A stretch of DNA of 64,000 nt from a virus. Location of the stretch: IMG/VR virus record IMGVR_UViG_3300020156_000025, positions 25,985 to 89,984 of that record, one strand, 5' to 3'. Positions within the stretch are counted from its first letter, which is position 1. The number at the start of each line of letters is the position of its first letter. Shown one piece after another: positions 47,413 through 57,695 of the stretch. The notes under the pieces were generated by a model. That model was not told where the DNA came from. It saw only the letters and a program-made list of their open reading frames with translations, and ran no database searches. The position numbers and the translations under genes are program-made.

Positions 47413-48132
47413 ATGAACTACTCCGTTGCACCTACCCCCGGAATGGAACGCTTGCGCGAATTCATCTTTCGCGCGTTGACGCTGATGCACGCCGCCGCCC
47501 TTGAGCATCCGGAGATGGCACCGGAAGACATGGACGACCTGCTGGTAGGTCGCCTGATCGTGCGCGAATGCGGGGAATGTGTCGCGTGCTGCGTCTATCC
47601 GTCGATTTCCGGGGAATCGGTCGATGCCACCCCGGAGGTCCCGGCGAAGGCCGCGGGGGTGAAGTGCGTGCATTGCACGAACACGGGGTGCGGGATATAC
47701 GCCCGCCGCCCGAAGGTGTGCAAGGGGTATGCCTGCCTTTACTCGATGGGGGTGGTGGACGAGCGACCCGACAAGGCACTGGTGGCATGGACCTTGCAAC
47801 CGGACATGAACCGCCCGATCGATGCCGACGGGGTGCCGCAAATGCTCCTTGTGGGACATTGCGATGACATCGACGAGGTGCTGGACGATGCGCGCAACCG
47901 GCAGGTGGTGCGGGACGCGCTGGTGCAGCCTTCCGTCGCTGCGGTGACGCTCAGGAGTGCACGCGTGGCCGTGGCGTTCATGCCCGACGGGAAGGTGATG
48001 CAGGTGGAGGTAAACCAAGCGGACGCGCTGAAATCCGCCCTCGTGCTCGAAACGGCCAAGGAAAGCAAGGACTGGCGGCATCCGTTCGATTGCCCCGCTT
48101 TTTTGAACACTTTGCAAAAACATACCGACTGA
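47413..48132 (+). CDS. YkgJ-like Cys-cluster (CxxCxxCC) protein
   Basis: CGECVACC...CVHC...GCGIYARRPKVCKGYAC. Confidence 0.7.
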   Translation: MNYSVAPTPGMERLREFIFRALTLMHAAALEHPEMAPEDMDDLLVGRLIVRECGECVACCVYPSISGESVDATPEVPAKAAGVKCVHCTNTGCGIYARRPKVCKGYACLYSMGVVDERPDKALVAWTLQPDMNRPIDADGVPQMLLVGHCDDIDEVLDDARNRQVVRDALVQPSVAAVTLRSARVAVAFMPDGKVMQVEVNQADALKSALVLETAKESKDWRHPFDCPAFLNTLQKHTD

Positions 48133-48668
48133 TGAATCCCCTGACTTACGAAATGCTGCGACGATTGGTGCCGACACACTTCGCGGCCAAGGTGTTTTTC
48201 GAGACCGGAACCTACCGGGGCCAAACGATCCGCAACCTAGGGGCGGTGTTCAGCCGGTTCTATTCGGTGGACTTGGACACGTCCCTGCGGAGGGGACACT
48301 TCCCGGGAAACGTGACGTTTTTCGAGGGGGATTCGGTGGAGGTCTTGCGCGCGCAATTGCCCGTGCTCGCCCGGTCATACAAGAACATAGTGTTCTATCT
48401 GGACGCGCACTGGTCCTGCGGAGACACGGCGAAGGGCGAGGTGGAGGTGCCGTTGCTGGGGGAACTTGCCGCGATCCGGGACACTTGGCCGTGGCATGCC
48501 GCGATCGTCGTGGACGACCTGCGCTTGTTCGGGAAGGGGCCGCATGACAAGAGCGAACGGGTGGATTGGTCGCAAATCTCGCTGGCCGCGGTGACGGGAC
48601 TGATGGAACCCCGATTGCGCTCCTTGCACGTGCACCGGGAGGATGACAAGGTGGTGGTCTCGATCTGA
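48132..48668 (+). CDS. Class I SAM-dependent methyltransferase-like protein
   Basis: FFETGTYRG, SVDLD, GDS, FYLDAH, IVVDD. Confidence 0.65.
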   Translation: MNPLTYEMLRRLVPTHFAAKVFFETGTYRGQTIRNLGAVFSRFYSVDLDTSLRRGHFPGNVTFFEGDSVEVLRAQLPVLARSYKNIVFYLDAHWSCGDTAKGEVEVPLLGELAAIRDTWPWHAAIVVDDLRLFGKGPHDKSERVDWSQISLAAVTGLMEPRLRSLHVHREDDKVVVSI

Positions 48669-48674
48669 ACGGTC

Positions 48675-49010
48675 ATGGGATACATACCTCCAGCACCGCC
48701 CCTGCGGGTCCGTCTCTGGTCGGAAGACTACGGCGAGGGTATTTGCGGCTGGTGCCGCGATCTGGACTTCATGGTCCTGATTGAACCCGACTGCGCGGTG
48801 TGCCTGAAATGCTACTGCAAGGCGGTGCATATGCCGCGGAGGAGGAAGCGGGGCTGGTGGCGGAAGCCGAGGCTGGAGGACATCGTGAATGAATACGTGG
48901 AACTTTGCGAATTCGCGCTGCGCTATGATCCGCTGGAGGCGATGGTTCGGATCAATCACCCTCCCGATGACGAATTGCGCATACCGCAACCCATGCCGGG
49001 AACCCGTTGA
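48675..49010 (+). CDS. Hypothetical Cys-rich protein
   Basis: CGWC...CAVCLKC. Confidence 0.45.
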   Translation: MGYIPPAPPLRVRLWSEDYGEGICGWCRDLDFMVLIEPDCAVCLKCYCKAVHMPRRRKRGWWRKPRLEDIVNEYVELCEFALRYDPLEAMVRINHPPDDELRIPQPMPGTR

Positions 49011-49027
49011 AACAAGAAACTCACGCC

Positions 49028-49546
49028 ATGAACGAAAACAACACACCGCCCTTGCAGGGCGTAGGTATCATCCTGATGGACATGGGGAGGACGGGCTTGT
49101 GGCTATCGCTGCGCCGCAACCGTGCCAAGGAATGGTTCGGGTATCTCCAGACACCGGGCGGACGGGTAGAGCCCGGGGAGAGCCATTGGGAAGCCGCTTA
49201 TCGCGAGCTGAAGGAGGAAACGGGCTTGGTCGTGCGGGAAGCCCGCGCCATCACCGGGTGCGTGGAATGGGTCCAGCCTAGGAGCCGGGAACACTATCGG
49301 TCCACGCACTACGTGGGGTTCACCGCACGTGTGCCTAACCGGGAAGACGCGGGGCATGGTCCGTGGCGTTTTCAGCCGTTCTCGACCGTATGGGAAATGG
49401 ACTATCCGTTGCTTCCGGCCATCGAGCACGCGCTGCACCGGTATGCGCGGGGTCACGACGCACCGCGAACGCTCGCACCCTGCCCTTGGGCCGCACCTTG
49501 GTGGGAGGACAACGCGCTCTTGACGCCGGAACAAACCGCACTGTGA
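49028..49546 (+). CDS. NUDIX hydrolase
   Basis: GGRVEPGESHWEAAYRELKEETGL Nudix box. Confidence 0.9.
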   Translation: MNENNTPPLQGVGIILMDMGRTGLWLSLRRNRAKEWFGYLQTPGGRVEPGESHWEAAYRELKEETGLVVREARAITGCVEWVQPRSREHYRSTHYVGFTARVPNREDAGHGPWRFQPFSTVWEMDYPLLPAIEHALHRYARGHDAPRTLAPCPWAAPWWEDNALLTPEQTAL

Positions 49547-49553
49547 ACCGACG

Positions 49554-50702
49554 ATGACAAGACCGAAATTGGCACTGCGGGTGGGTGCGACATATGAGTG
49601 CCGCGACGGCGGGACCGCCCGGGTGATATGCGTGGACATGGCGGGTGCCTCTCCGCGATACTGCATCGCGTTGAAGGCGGTCCGCGACAAGAACGGGGAC
49701 GTGACGGAGCATGTGTTTCACTATGCGCCCGATGGCACTACCGGGGATATCGAACAGGCGCGCGATCTGATCCGGGAGATAGAGCCGGTATCGCCGTTCC
49801 CGGGATCGAACCGGAGGGTGCGGCTGGGATTGGACGAAGGGCTCATGCAACCGCCCCCGCAGGAAGGTAGCAGGGAGGCGATGGTGGTGCATTTCCGCGG
49901 GCTCGGGTGGCAGGAAATCCGCTTGCCTTCCGAAAGGGTCGTGTGGGTGAGCACGGAGGAGCAGGTTTTCACGGAATCCAAAATGTGGGAGGTTTACCGG
50001 GAATTTCTGGCTCGGCAGAGACCGGAGCCGCAGGTCCGGGACAAGACACCCCCGGCTCATCGGGTGGAAAGGTTCAGTGCGGCGCAGACACTTCCGACGG
50101 ACTGGACAATGGTTTTAATTGATATGCATTTGGGCAGGCGTATCCGTGTCATTAACCGTTCTCGTAATGGGTGGGGCACCGTATGGGTGTTTGATGCGAT
50201 GATTTCGCGCCCGGACGGGGACTGGGACCATCATCTGATCGAGGAAAGGAGCAGCGAAGAGGCAATGGCGTTCGCCCGGGCGCTGATTAAAACCCAGGTG
50301 CTTAAGGAATTGATAGGGGTGGCGGACGCTTTGGACGCGGAGGCAGAGCCGGATTCCGTCGCTTTGCCGCAGGCGACGACAACGTTGGGACGGAACGAGG
50401 CGCTCCCCTTTAACGGAGTGTCGGTTCACGGGCAAACTTACCGGGGCATTCGCTTCGTGGTGTCCCTGCGTGATTCGGTGAGTTGCCCAGCCGGAGGACA
50501 TGATGTGCTTATCCGCCGCCGGGAGGCGGATGATTGGCATTATTACGCTTTGGAGTATGCGTCCCGACATTACGCGATCGGTCAGGCTCTGCGGATAATC
50601 CGGGAATCGCCGCTGTGGCGCTTCGAGTGTGACGTGGAATGGCCGACCGGGGAGGACTATGGTGATGGGGACGGGGATGATGACGGCTACAATCCTTTTT
50701 GA
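49554..50702 (+). CDS. Mosaic hypothetical protein
   Basis: N-terminal YECRDG..ARVICVD phage domain; acidic C-terminus ending NPF. Confidence 0.6.
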   Translation: MTRPKLALRVGATYECRDGGTARVICVDMAGASPRYCIALKAVRDKNGDVTEHVFHYAPDGTTGDIEQARDLIREIEPVSPFPGSNRRVRLGLDEGLMQPPPQEGSREAMVVHFRGLGWQEIRLPSERVVWVSTEEQVFTESKMWEVYREFLARQRPEPQVRDKTPPAHRVERFSAAQTLPTDWTMVLIDMHLGRRIRVINRSRNGWGTVWVFDAMISRPDGDWDHHLIEERSSEEAMAFARALIKTQVLKELIGVADALDAEAEPDSVALPQATTTLGRNEALPFNGVSVHGQTYRGIRFVVSLRDSVSCPAGGHDVLIRRREADDWHYYALEYASRHYAIGQALRIIRESPLWRFECDVEWPTGEDYGDGDGDDDGYNPF

Positions 50703-50757
50703 TCCGGCGACAGTGCTTGCGTGCGCCGCAATGCCCGGGTAGAAGCAGCGGAGACTC

Positions 50758-51606
50758 ATGCCACGCGTCCGAAATACCCCGCCTGCCGCTGATCCCGCGG
50801 TGCAGAACATTGCCGCGATCCGCCTTGAGCGGAAGGCACTGGAGGACCTGATCCCGCATCCACGCAACCCGCGGGTGCACCCGGAACCGGGAACGCCGCA
50901 ATGGAATGCGTTGCAGGCGTCGCTGGCGCACGATTATTTCGACCCGATGGTATGGAACGAGCGGAACGGGAAACTGGTCTCGGGACATTTCCGCAAGAAG
51001 GTGATGCGGCACAACGGGGTGACGCACGCGGACGTGGTAGTGGTGAGCTATGACGAACCGACACACCTTGCCCGGATGATCGCGGCGAACAAGGCGGCGG
51101 GGGAGGATGACGAGGACGCGCTGCGGGTGCTGTTCTCGGAACTGCGCGAGGAGGACGGGGGAATGCTCGCCCTTACCGCGTATGACGAGACCGAGCTGGC
51201 CAACCTGTTCCCCGATCTGGAGGACGAGCAGGACGAGGAGGACACGGGGGATTCGCAGGAAGCACAGATTTCGCCCGTGGGGACGAACGAGTTCAGGCAG
51301 AATATCGAGGCGATCCATGCGCCCGCGATTCCGGTGGCGAGGGGGGAGTTGTGGCAGTGCGGGGAGCACCTGATCGCGTGCATCGACCCGGTGCGGGAGG
51401 GCTACCGCATCGCGCCCTTGCTCGATGAAACGCGCTGGCTGTTCATTGCGCCCGACCCGTTCTGTCTGGTGGGATGGGTATACGAGGACTCGTATGCGCT
51501 GATTCTCCAGCCGAACGCGGTGGTGGCGTCTTACACGGTGAGTGCGTGGGCCTCGGCCCATCCCGATCAACCGCCCGTGCCGGTGGAGTGGCCGGAGACC
51601 GAATGA
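50758..51606 (+). CDS. ParB/sulfiredoxin N-terminal domain protein
   Basis: LIPHPRNPRVH...PMVWNER.G.LVSGHFR; GELWQCGEH resembles the linker of ParB-methylase fusions. Confidence 0.75.
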   Translation: MPRVRNTPPAADPAVQNIAAIRLERKALEDLIPHPRNPRVHPEPGTPQWNALQASLAHDYFDPMVWNERNGKLVSGHFRKKVMRHNGVTHADVVVVSYDEPTHLARMIAANKAAGEDDEDALRVLFSELREEDGGMLALTAYDETELANLFPDLEDEQDEEDTGDSQEAQISPVGTNEFRQNIEAIHAPAIPVARGELWQCGEHLIACIDPVREGYRIAPLLDETRWLFIAPDPFCLVGWVYEDSYALILQPNAVVASYTVSAWASAHPDQPPVPVEWPETE

Positions 51607-51830
51607 AGACCACGCCTGCCGATTTCGACAAGGAACCGTCCCGGCAAAGGTTCGGGAAGGTGCCCCGGTTCACGTATTCCGTGAGGTGGGGGAACTGGTG
51701 GTTGCAGCCCGGGGGTTTGTTCCGGTGGACGCGATATGATTTCGTGGCAGGGGGTAAGCCCACGGTCAGGTATGACTGGCGGCGAATCCGGGGACCCGTG
51801 GACTTTTTGCAAACCGTGCAAAACCGATGA
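51603..51830 (+). CDS. Hypothetical protein
   Basis: ATGA-coupled short ORF. Confidence 0.45.
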   Translation: MKTTPADFDKEPSRQRFGKVPRFTYSVRWGNWWLQPGGLFRWTRYDFVAGGKPTVRYDWRRIRGPVDFLQTVQNR

Positions 51831-52507
51831 CGACGGAGGAGCAATTGAAGGAGGCGCTGGAGGAGAACCGCAGGCTCAAGGAGGGGCTGCTGCGGAACCG
51901 CAACCATGACGAGCGGCTGTCGGCGTTCATGGCAAAATACCGCGCCTACCGGCAGGCGCTTGCCTCGGTGGGCGGGCCGCTGGACGAGGACGTGCTGCGC
52001 GCCGCGGTCATGGAGCTGTGCTTGCCCTACGAGCTGGAGCTGGAGACCTTGACCGCACGCTTGAACCGCTGGAGGGAGGCGATGCGGGAGGTCAACGTGG
52101 ACGCATACCGGGAACGGAAATCCGTCTTGGACGGGGAATACAGGGAACTTCCGATGCCGCTTGAGCAACGATCGCGCTACCGGGGGATCATGCCTAGGTT
52201 GCGGGGGGTGGCGAGGCAGCTCGGGTATGCGCTGGCGGTGCACGGATCGGAGTCCCGGGATTTCGACATCGTGGCCGCTCCTTGGACCGCGGAAGCGGTG
52301 ACGCCGGAGGAACTGGCGGAGGGGTTGCGGAAGGCTATCGGGCCACGGGCCACGTTCCTTGCGGACGCGCAGGGGGTCGCGTGGGCGGACAAGCCGCACG
52401 GGAGACGCGCGGTGCTGATCATGCTGGATCATCTGGATTTTGTGCACGGGATACTGGACCTGTCGGTGATGCCCTGCTTGACTGTGGCCCATGAGGACGC
52501 TGGCTGA
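51827..52507 (+). CDS. Coiled coil plus minimal nucleotidyltransferase-like domain
   Basis: GYALAVHGSESRDFDIVA (GS...DxD). Confidence 0.55.
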   Translation: MTTEEQLKEALEENRRLKEGLLRNRNHDERLSAFMAKYRAYRQALASVGGPLDEDVLRAAVMELCLPYELELETLTARLNRWREAMREVNVDAYRERKSVLDGEYRELPMPLEQRSRYRGIMPRLRGVARQLGYALAVHGSESRDFDIVAAPWTAEAVTPEELAEGLRKAIGPRATFLADAQGVAWADKPHGRRAVLIMLDHLDFVHGILDLSVMPCLTVAHEDAG

Positions 52508-53441
52508 AAATCCGCCCGAGGGGGTGAAGGTGACGGGGGGCGGGATGAGCGATCGTTTGCTCGGACGGTGGTTCTGCGTATCGTCGCTGGAACCCGCGAT
52601 TTACACCGCGATCGATGCGGGGGTGGTGGACTCGGTGCTGGTGTCGCTGTCCTACTGCAAGGCCCGGATGAAGGACGGGGTGCTGGGGAACACGCAGAAG
52701 TTCGACGATTTTCTGGCCCTTTGCGAGGACCGCGGGGTGAAGGTGTTCATGGACTGCGGGGCGTTCACGATGTGCATGGCGCTGGCGAAGGAGCACAACC
52801 TGCCCTTGTCAACGGTGTTCGCGTGGGAGGAGGACCAGTTCGGGGACCATCTCACCCGGTTGATGGAATTCTACATGGCCGCAATGTCGCGGTGGGAGGA
52901 CCAGTTGTGGGGCTACGTGGAGGTGGACGTGGGGCCGTGGGAACAGCGCGTCGCGCGCCGTTTGTGGATGGAGGCGCAGGGGATCGCGCCGATTCCGGTA
53001 TTCCGCGCCGCTACCGATCCGTGGGTGAGTCTGGACGTGCTGGGGCAACAATACGACCGCATCTGCATGGGGGGAGGGGTGAAGGCCCGGCCCGCGGTGC
53101 GGACGATGCTGTTCCACGAGCTGTCGCTGCGCTTGAGGCAATACCCGTGGCTATACGTGCACGCGCTGGGGATGACGTGGACGGGGAGCCTCACGTCGTT
53201 TCCCATCGGTTCGTGCGACTCGACTACGTGGTTGAATATCGCGAAATTCGGGAATGAGAAGACCGTGAGTCTGGCGGGATATACCTCGACCCGGACCAAC
53301 CGGGACGCGATGGAAGAACCGATGACCGGGGAATTCCGGAACGTGCTGCGCGTCGCCGGAATGGCGCAATATGGGCTGACCTCCCGGGTGCGGAGGGAAC
53401 AGAACGAATCGACGCGCTCCGCCCTTGCCGGGGAGGGGTGA
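52491..53441 (+). CDS. TGT-fold (DpdA-like) guanine transglycosylase
   Basis: VFMDCGAFT, EVD, IPVF, ICMGG, VHALG, SCDSTTW. Confidence 0.7.
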   Translation: MRTLAENPPEGVKVTGGGMSDRLLGRWFCVSSLEPAIYTAIDAGVVDSVLVSLSYCKARMKDGVLGNTQKFDDFLALCEDRGVKVFMDCGAFTMCMALAKEHNLPLSTVFAWEEDQFGDHLTRLMEFYMAAMSRWEDQLWGYVEVDVGPWEQRVARRLWMEAQGIAPIPVFRAATDPWVSLDVLGQQYDRICMGGGVKARPAVRTMLFHELSLRLRQYPWLYVHALGMTWTGSLTSFPIGSCDSTTWLNIAKFGNEKTVSLAGYTSTRTNRDAMEEPMTGEFRNVLRVAGMAQYGLTSRVRREQNESTRSALAGEG

Positions 53442-53504
53442 ATTTGCACACTGTGCAAAACAGAAACCGGAAGACAAAACTTCCGTCCGCGGGGGAGCTG
53501 TGCC

Positions 53505-53876
53505 ATGATGCTCCCCGCAATGAACATGCTTGGTTGGTTAGAACAGAGGAACTTTGTTAAGTCTGCTCATCCCGTGGCCGAATTCGAGGGACAGACCGAA
53601 GACCTGTGCACGCTCTTGGAGATGGTGGCAGAGGATCGGGGCTGGGGGTGTTTTTCCAACGGCGGCGAGGTGATGGACGACGTGGAGAATGCGGTGGTTC
53701 CGGAGGAAGACGGTATCCGCTTCGTTTACGTGCTGTCTGCCGATTACGACTTGAGGAAGAGTCTTGCGCTGACGGTGACGGGGCACGTGTCACAGACTTC
53801 CGAAGGACATCCGGACATGTTCGTGGTATCCGACGTGCAAAAGACCAAGCTGCCGTCCTATTACAGCGAAGCGTGA
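53505..53876 (+). CDS. Hypothetical protein
   Basis: ORF after TGCA box. Confidence 0.5.
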   Translation: MMLPAMNMLGWLEQRNFVKSAHPVAEFEGQTEDLCTLLEMVAEDRGWGCFSNGGEVMDDVENAVVPEEDGIRFVYVLSADYDLRKSLALTVTGHVSQTSEGHPDMFVVSDVQKTKLPSYYSEA

Positions 53877-53906
53877 TAATCAGGAACCTGAACCGACACC
53901 TAATCC

Positions 53907-54749
53907 ATGAGCTGGAGAATCTACAATGCATGGCGTGTGAAGGCCGAGGTGCTGCCTGCCTTCGTTGCTGCCGCCCGGGAGCACGCACTTGCCGCCGCGG
54001 TGAAACGGGTGTGCGAGATGGTGGAGCCCGTGACGGACGAGACGCTCCGGGAAATCTATGATTCGGGGGGCTTTGCCGCGGAAAAAAACCCTCAACCGTT
54101 CGAGGAGTTCGTGAAGGAGCGACGCGGTCCGATGGTGTTCCGGACCGGAATGAAGAGAGCGTTCCTTGCCAGCCACACGGAGCTTCGGGACTGGGACTGT
54201 GTGGACGCGTCGCTCAATATCTGGTTCGACCCGGAGGACCCCAAACGTTTCTACGTGATGCCTTACGGCGATGCGCCGCGCTGGGCGGACTGGATGCCTT
54301 ACGGGCTATCGGCTAGCGTGAAGGAATTCGGGTGGTGGAACGGCAGCGACCGACCGGACTCGATCACCGCAAGGGAATGGAGTCGCCGGGAGAAGGTGTG
54401 GCGTCGATTGGTCACGGACCACGACCGTTACCGCATGTCGCATGTGCTGATCGAATTGAAGGGGCCTATGTCGCCGGGGGCCTATGAGATCGAGAAGGCG
54501 ATCTTGGGCGAACGGAAGGGTGAGCACATGCCGTGGTATCTCGGGGCCAAGATCGATGCCGAGCGACAACTGCGTAAGACGGAGGACGCGAGGCGGATGG
54601 AACGGACCCGCAACGGAACCCATCCCGCGGGACTGCTGTGCGAGGACCTGAAACCGCTCCTTGACGCGGTGAAGGACGACGCGATGTATCGAACCGTCTA
54701 TGAGGGGCTTGCCGCTAAATACCCGAGAGCTGAAATTTTTTCACGTTGA
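53907..54749 (+). CDS. Hypothetical protein
   Basis: MSWRIYN...WNGSDRPD.IT.REW.RRE..W phage-type motif. Confidence 0.65.
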   Translation: MSWRIYNAWRVKAEVLPAFVAAAREHALAAAVKRVCEMVEPVTDETLREIYDSGGFAAEKNPQPFEEFVKERRGPMVFRTGMKRAFLASHTELRDWDCVDASLNIWFDPEDPKRFYVMPYGDAPRWADWMPYGLSASVKEFGWWNGSDRPDSITAREWSRREKVWRRLVTDHDRYRMSHVLIELKGPMSPGAYEIEKAILGERKGEHMPWYLGAKIDAERQLRKTEDARRMERTRNGTHPAGLLCEDLKPLLDAVKDDAMYRTVYEGLAAKYPRAEIFSR

Positions 54750-54949
54750 TGCCTGCGCTCAAAAACGCCGACGCGGAGGAGATTGCCGCACGCTGTGCCT
54801 GTGTTTTGCCCAGCCGGGATAGGGCTTCCGTAATTCTGAGCGAGTGGATGCAGGGTAAGGCGCTCAAGCAATGGGAGGTGGCGGTCATAATTAGCCGTGC
54901 GTGGGAAATCCACGAAGTTGAAGCAACCGCAAGGAGGGCCGAACAGTGA
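54746..54949 (+). CDS. Hypothetical protein
   Basis: Coupled short ORF. Confidence 0.4.
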   Translation: MMPALKNADAEEIAARCACVLPSRDRASVILSEWMQGKALKQWEVAVIISRAWEIHEVEATARRAEQ

Positions 54950-55173
54950 TCTTCTGGTGGCAGACCCTGTCGTTCGTGCTCGTGGTGCTGATCGTGTGCA
55001 AGGAGTGGCACTTCAACCGTTATGCCCGGGTATGTCAGGTGCTGCCGTCCATCACGTTCGCCGTGCGCCGTTACCGCGGGGAACCGGAACGGGAATGCGT
55101 CACGATCATATTCGGGTGGCTGTGGTGGTATGCGGAGACATGGATGTGGGACATCAAACGAATAAACCGATGA
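54946..55173 (+). CDS. Small membrane protein
   Basis: Hydrophobic N-terminus; GTGA overlap. Confidence 0.45.
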   Translation: MIFWWQTLSFVLVVLIVCKEWHFNRYARVCQVLPSITFAVRRYRGEPERECVTIIFGWLWWYAETWMWDIKRINR

Positions 55174-55625
55174 AACAATGGACCCGTCCTTGCAACGAGT
55201 GCCCGTTCTCCCGGAAATGTCCGCCGGGAGAATTGGGAGGGGGAGATCCCATGACCTACCTCGGGCAGGCGGCATTGCCGTTTTTCCTGCCCTGCCATTG
55301 CTCGCCCGGCTACCGGGGGAACGCTACCACCCCGATCGATGCGGACGTGATGGACTGTGCGGGAGCCGCAATCTTCCGCGCGAACATCGGGGTGTATGGC
55401 TGGAGCCCGTTCGCGCCTAGCTGGTCGCCGCACCTGCTGCGCTTGCCCGCGCAATCCGACCTGACCGTGTTCGCGACCGCCGCGGAATTCTACGCCTACC
55501 ACGTGCAATGCACGCCGGAGGAGGCCAAGGAACGCACGACCATGCGGAGAGTCGGGGAGGCTGCCGCGCGCGAACTGCGCCTTGCCATTGAACTCAACCG
55601 AATGACCCTGACACCGAAGCCATGA
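55170..55625 (+). CDS. Cys/His-rich hypothetical protein
   Basis: PCNECPF...CH...CAG. Confidence 0.6.
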   Translation: MKQWTRPCNECPFSRKCPPGELGGGDPMTYLGQAALPFFLPCHCSPGYRGNATTPIDADVMDCAGAAIFRANIGVYGWSPFAPSWSPHLLRLPAQSDLTVFATAAEFYAYHVQCTPEEAKERTTMRRVGEAAARELRLAIELNRMTLTPKP

Positions 55626-55801
55626 CGGACCGTCAACAACGCATCATATCCATATGGTTCGAGCATGAGGATGCCGAGCCGGACATTTCCACCGAACGGC
55701 TTTTCGCGATGACGCTAGATAGCGTGCGCGTCGAGTTCGCGGATGAAAGCATCGACGAAGACGACATAAGCGAGGCGCTCCAACAAGTGGACGGCAAATG
55801 A
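55622..55801 (+). CDS. Small acidic protein (59 aa, below ORF-track cutoff)
   Basis: MTDRQQRIISIWFEHEDAEPDISTERLFAMTLDSVRVEFADESIDEDDISEALQQVDGK; ATGA overlap. Confidence 0.55.
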   Translation: MTDRQQRIISIWFEHEDAEPDISTERLFAMTLDSVRVEFADESIDEDDISEALQQVDGK

Positions 55802-55831
55802 AGGACACTCCGAATACCTGATACCGAGATC

Positions 55832-56647
55832 ATGACGATGACCAATACCTACCCCCGCGTGCTGGAGTGGCTGGAGCAGACCTACGCCCAACGCTCGGAT
55901 GAGCGGCAGAAATCGATGGGCCTCGCCTACATGGAGGCGGAGACGCATGATCTTGCCCGGGAAATATCCCGCCTGCTACTGCGTGAGACCATCGTGCCGG
56001 GGGTGTGGCATTGCCGCACCTGCGGACTCGTGCAATACCGGAGCGTGCTGAATCCCGAGACCGGGGCTTGCGGGGCGAACCGGGAAACATTGCAGGAGCC
56101 GTGCCCGAACGACGGGGATGTCATGTTCCCGATGACGTGGAGGGAGGAACTGGAACGCACGGAACGACTGCTGACGCGCGTGATGCCCGTCCTTCCCGTG
56201 CTGCGCGCTGCTAGGGACTATCTGGAGAACGTGACGCATCACGAATTCAAGACCCGGCACGGATTTGAATGGGGAGAGGTGCTGCCGAGAATTAACCGGG
56301 TCTTGCAGGGAGTCGAGTCCCCGGCGGAACACCCCATCGACCGTGCCATCCGGCACGAGGGGGCGGAAGAGTGGCGACCCGAACCCGGCCTTGCCCGGGT
56401 GGTCTGTGCCGCGATGCGTTTCCGGGAAACGGGGAGGATCATTTGCGGGGCGCGGCACTGGGACCCGATCATGCGCCAGCAGAAGCGGGAGGACGAGCCG
56501 TGGGATGGATGGGAGGACGGATTCATCGACCAATTCAACCAGTTCCTGACCCGTGCGGAGGCGTGGGACATTGCCGTCAGGCAGGGGCAGATCCACCGCA
56601 AGCTCGATACCCCGGAGGGAACCCTCTATAGCGAGCACCTTTACTGA
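55832..56647 (+). CDS. Mosaic hypothetical protein
   Basis: CRTC...CPND Zn ribbon; C-terminal VCAA...GARH...GFIDQ...LYSE phage domain. Confidence 0.65.
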   Translation: MTMTNTYPRVLEWLEQTYAQRSDERQKSMGLAYMEAETHDLAREISRLLLRETIVPGVWHCRTCGLVQYRSVLNPETGACGANRETLQEPCPNDGDVMFPMTWREELERTERLLTRVMPVLPVLRAARDYLENVTHHEFKTRHGFEWGEVLPRINRVLQGVESPAEHPIDRAIRHEGAEEWRPEPGLARVVCAAMRFRETGRIICGARHWDPIMRQQKREDEPWDGWEDGFIDQFNQFLTRAEAWDIAVRQGQIHRKLDTPEGTLYSEHLY

Positions 56648-56654
56648 GCACCCC

Positions 56655-57176
56655 ATGAAAGCAAGAGACATGCTATTGACCGATCTGGACGGGATTTTCA
56701 CGGCGAACGTGATGAACCCCGCTCCGGGGGAGGAGTTCGAGCGATGGGTCCGCAGGACCCGGGTTGCACGCTCCGCGATGGTCCCGCTTTACTTGCCGAG
56801 GGTCAAACCGCGACCGCCCGCACGGGCACCGGGGTGGGGGATCGTGTCGGGACGGGTGAAAGAGGACGAGGCGTTGACGCTCCGCTGGATCAAAACGAGA
56901 TTCTGGCACAACCCGCCGTGTGTCGTTCATGCGGCGCGGGAGGCACACTTGCATTCGTCCCCGCAATACAAGGTGGGCCGGTTGGTGTTTCATGCCCATG
57001 ATCCGGAAACGGAACGGGTCACCTACGTGGAATCGTCGCCGCGGGAGGCGAAGGAAATCCGCGCCCTGTTGAAGCGATGCAAGGAGCCGGAAGCGGCCAA
57101 GCTCTCGGTGGTGACATTCCGGGAGGCTCTGGAGAGCGGACTGTGGTGGAAATACTTCACGTTTACCGAAGAATGA
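56655..57176 (+). CDS. Hypothetical protein
   Basis: ORF in gene run. Confidence 0.5.
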   Translation: MKARDMLLTDLDGIFTANVMNPAPGEEFERWVRRTRVARSAMVPLYLPRVKPRPPARAPGWGIVSGRVKEDEALTLRWIKTRFWHNPPCVVHAAREAHLHSSPQYKVGRLVFHAHDPETERVTYVESSPREAKEIRALLKRCKEPEAAKLSVVTFREALESGLWWKYFTFTEE

Positions 57177-57367
57177 GTGAACACGCCAGATGGGTCCATT
57201 TGCTGAGCGCGGGGGAGTGGCTGGGGAAGCCTTTGCTTGCGGAATGGTTGGAAACGAAACACCCTGCCGTCCGCCCTTCCCTGCGCGCCATCGTGGAAGC
57301 CGCGTGGAGGAACGGTGCCCGCCGGAAACCCCGCTGATTTTGCAAACTGTTCAAAACCGATACCGAT

Positions 57368-57694
57368 ATGAGAGTTACCGAGGATGAACTTGCTGCCATA
57401 CTGCGTGCCCATGCATCGCAGGAAAATGCCGACGGGGAACCGTTCGACACCATGATGGCGCTGGCCGACGTGCTGACGGGAAAGAGGGAAGAACTGCCGC
57501 CGCGGGGGGTGTTCGATTTTACCCGCCTGTCGCCCATGCTGCGCTTGCGCCTGTGCGACCTGCTGACCCGGGAACAGAACGAGATCGGGCGGAACCTGCT
57601 GGACTATCCGGAAACCGATACCAAGCGGGAAATGCAGGGATGGCTAGATGCCGCGACCGAGCTGCGCCGGGCGCTGGACTTGAAACCGGATTGA
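57368..57694 (+). CDS. Hypothetical protein
   Basis: ORF after TGCA box. Confidence 0.55.
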   Translation: MRVTEDELAAILRAHASQENADGEPFDTMMALADVLTGKREELPPRGVFDFTRLSPMLRLRLCDLLTREQNEIGRNLLDYPETDTKREMQGWLDAATELRRALDLKPD

Positions 57695-57695
57695 C

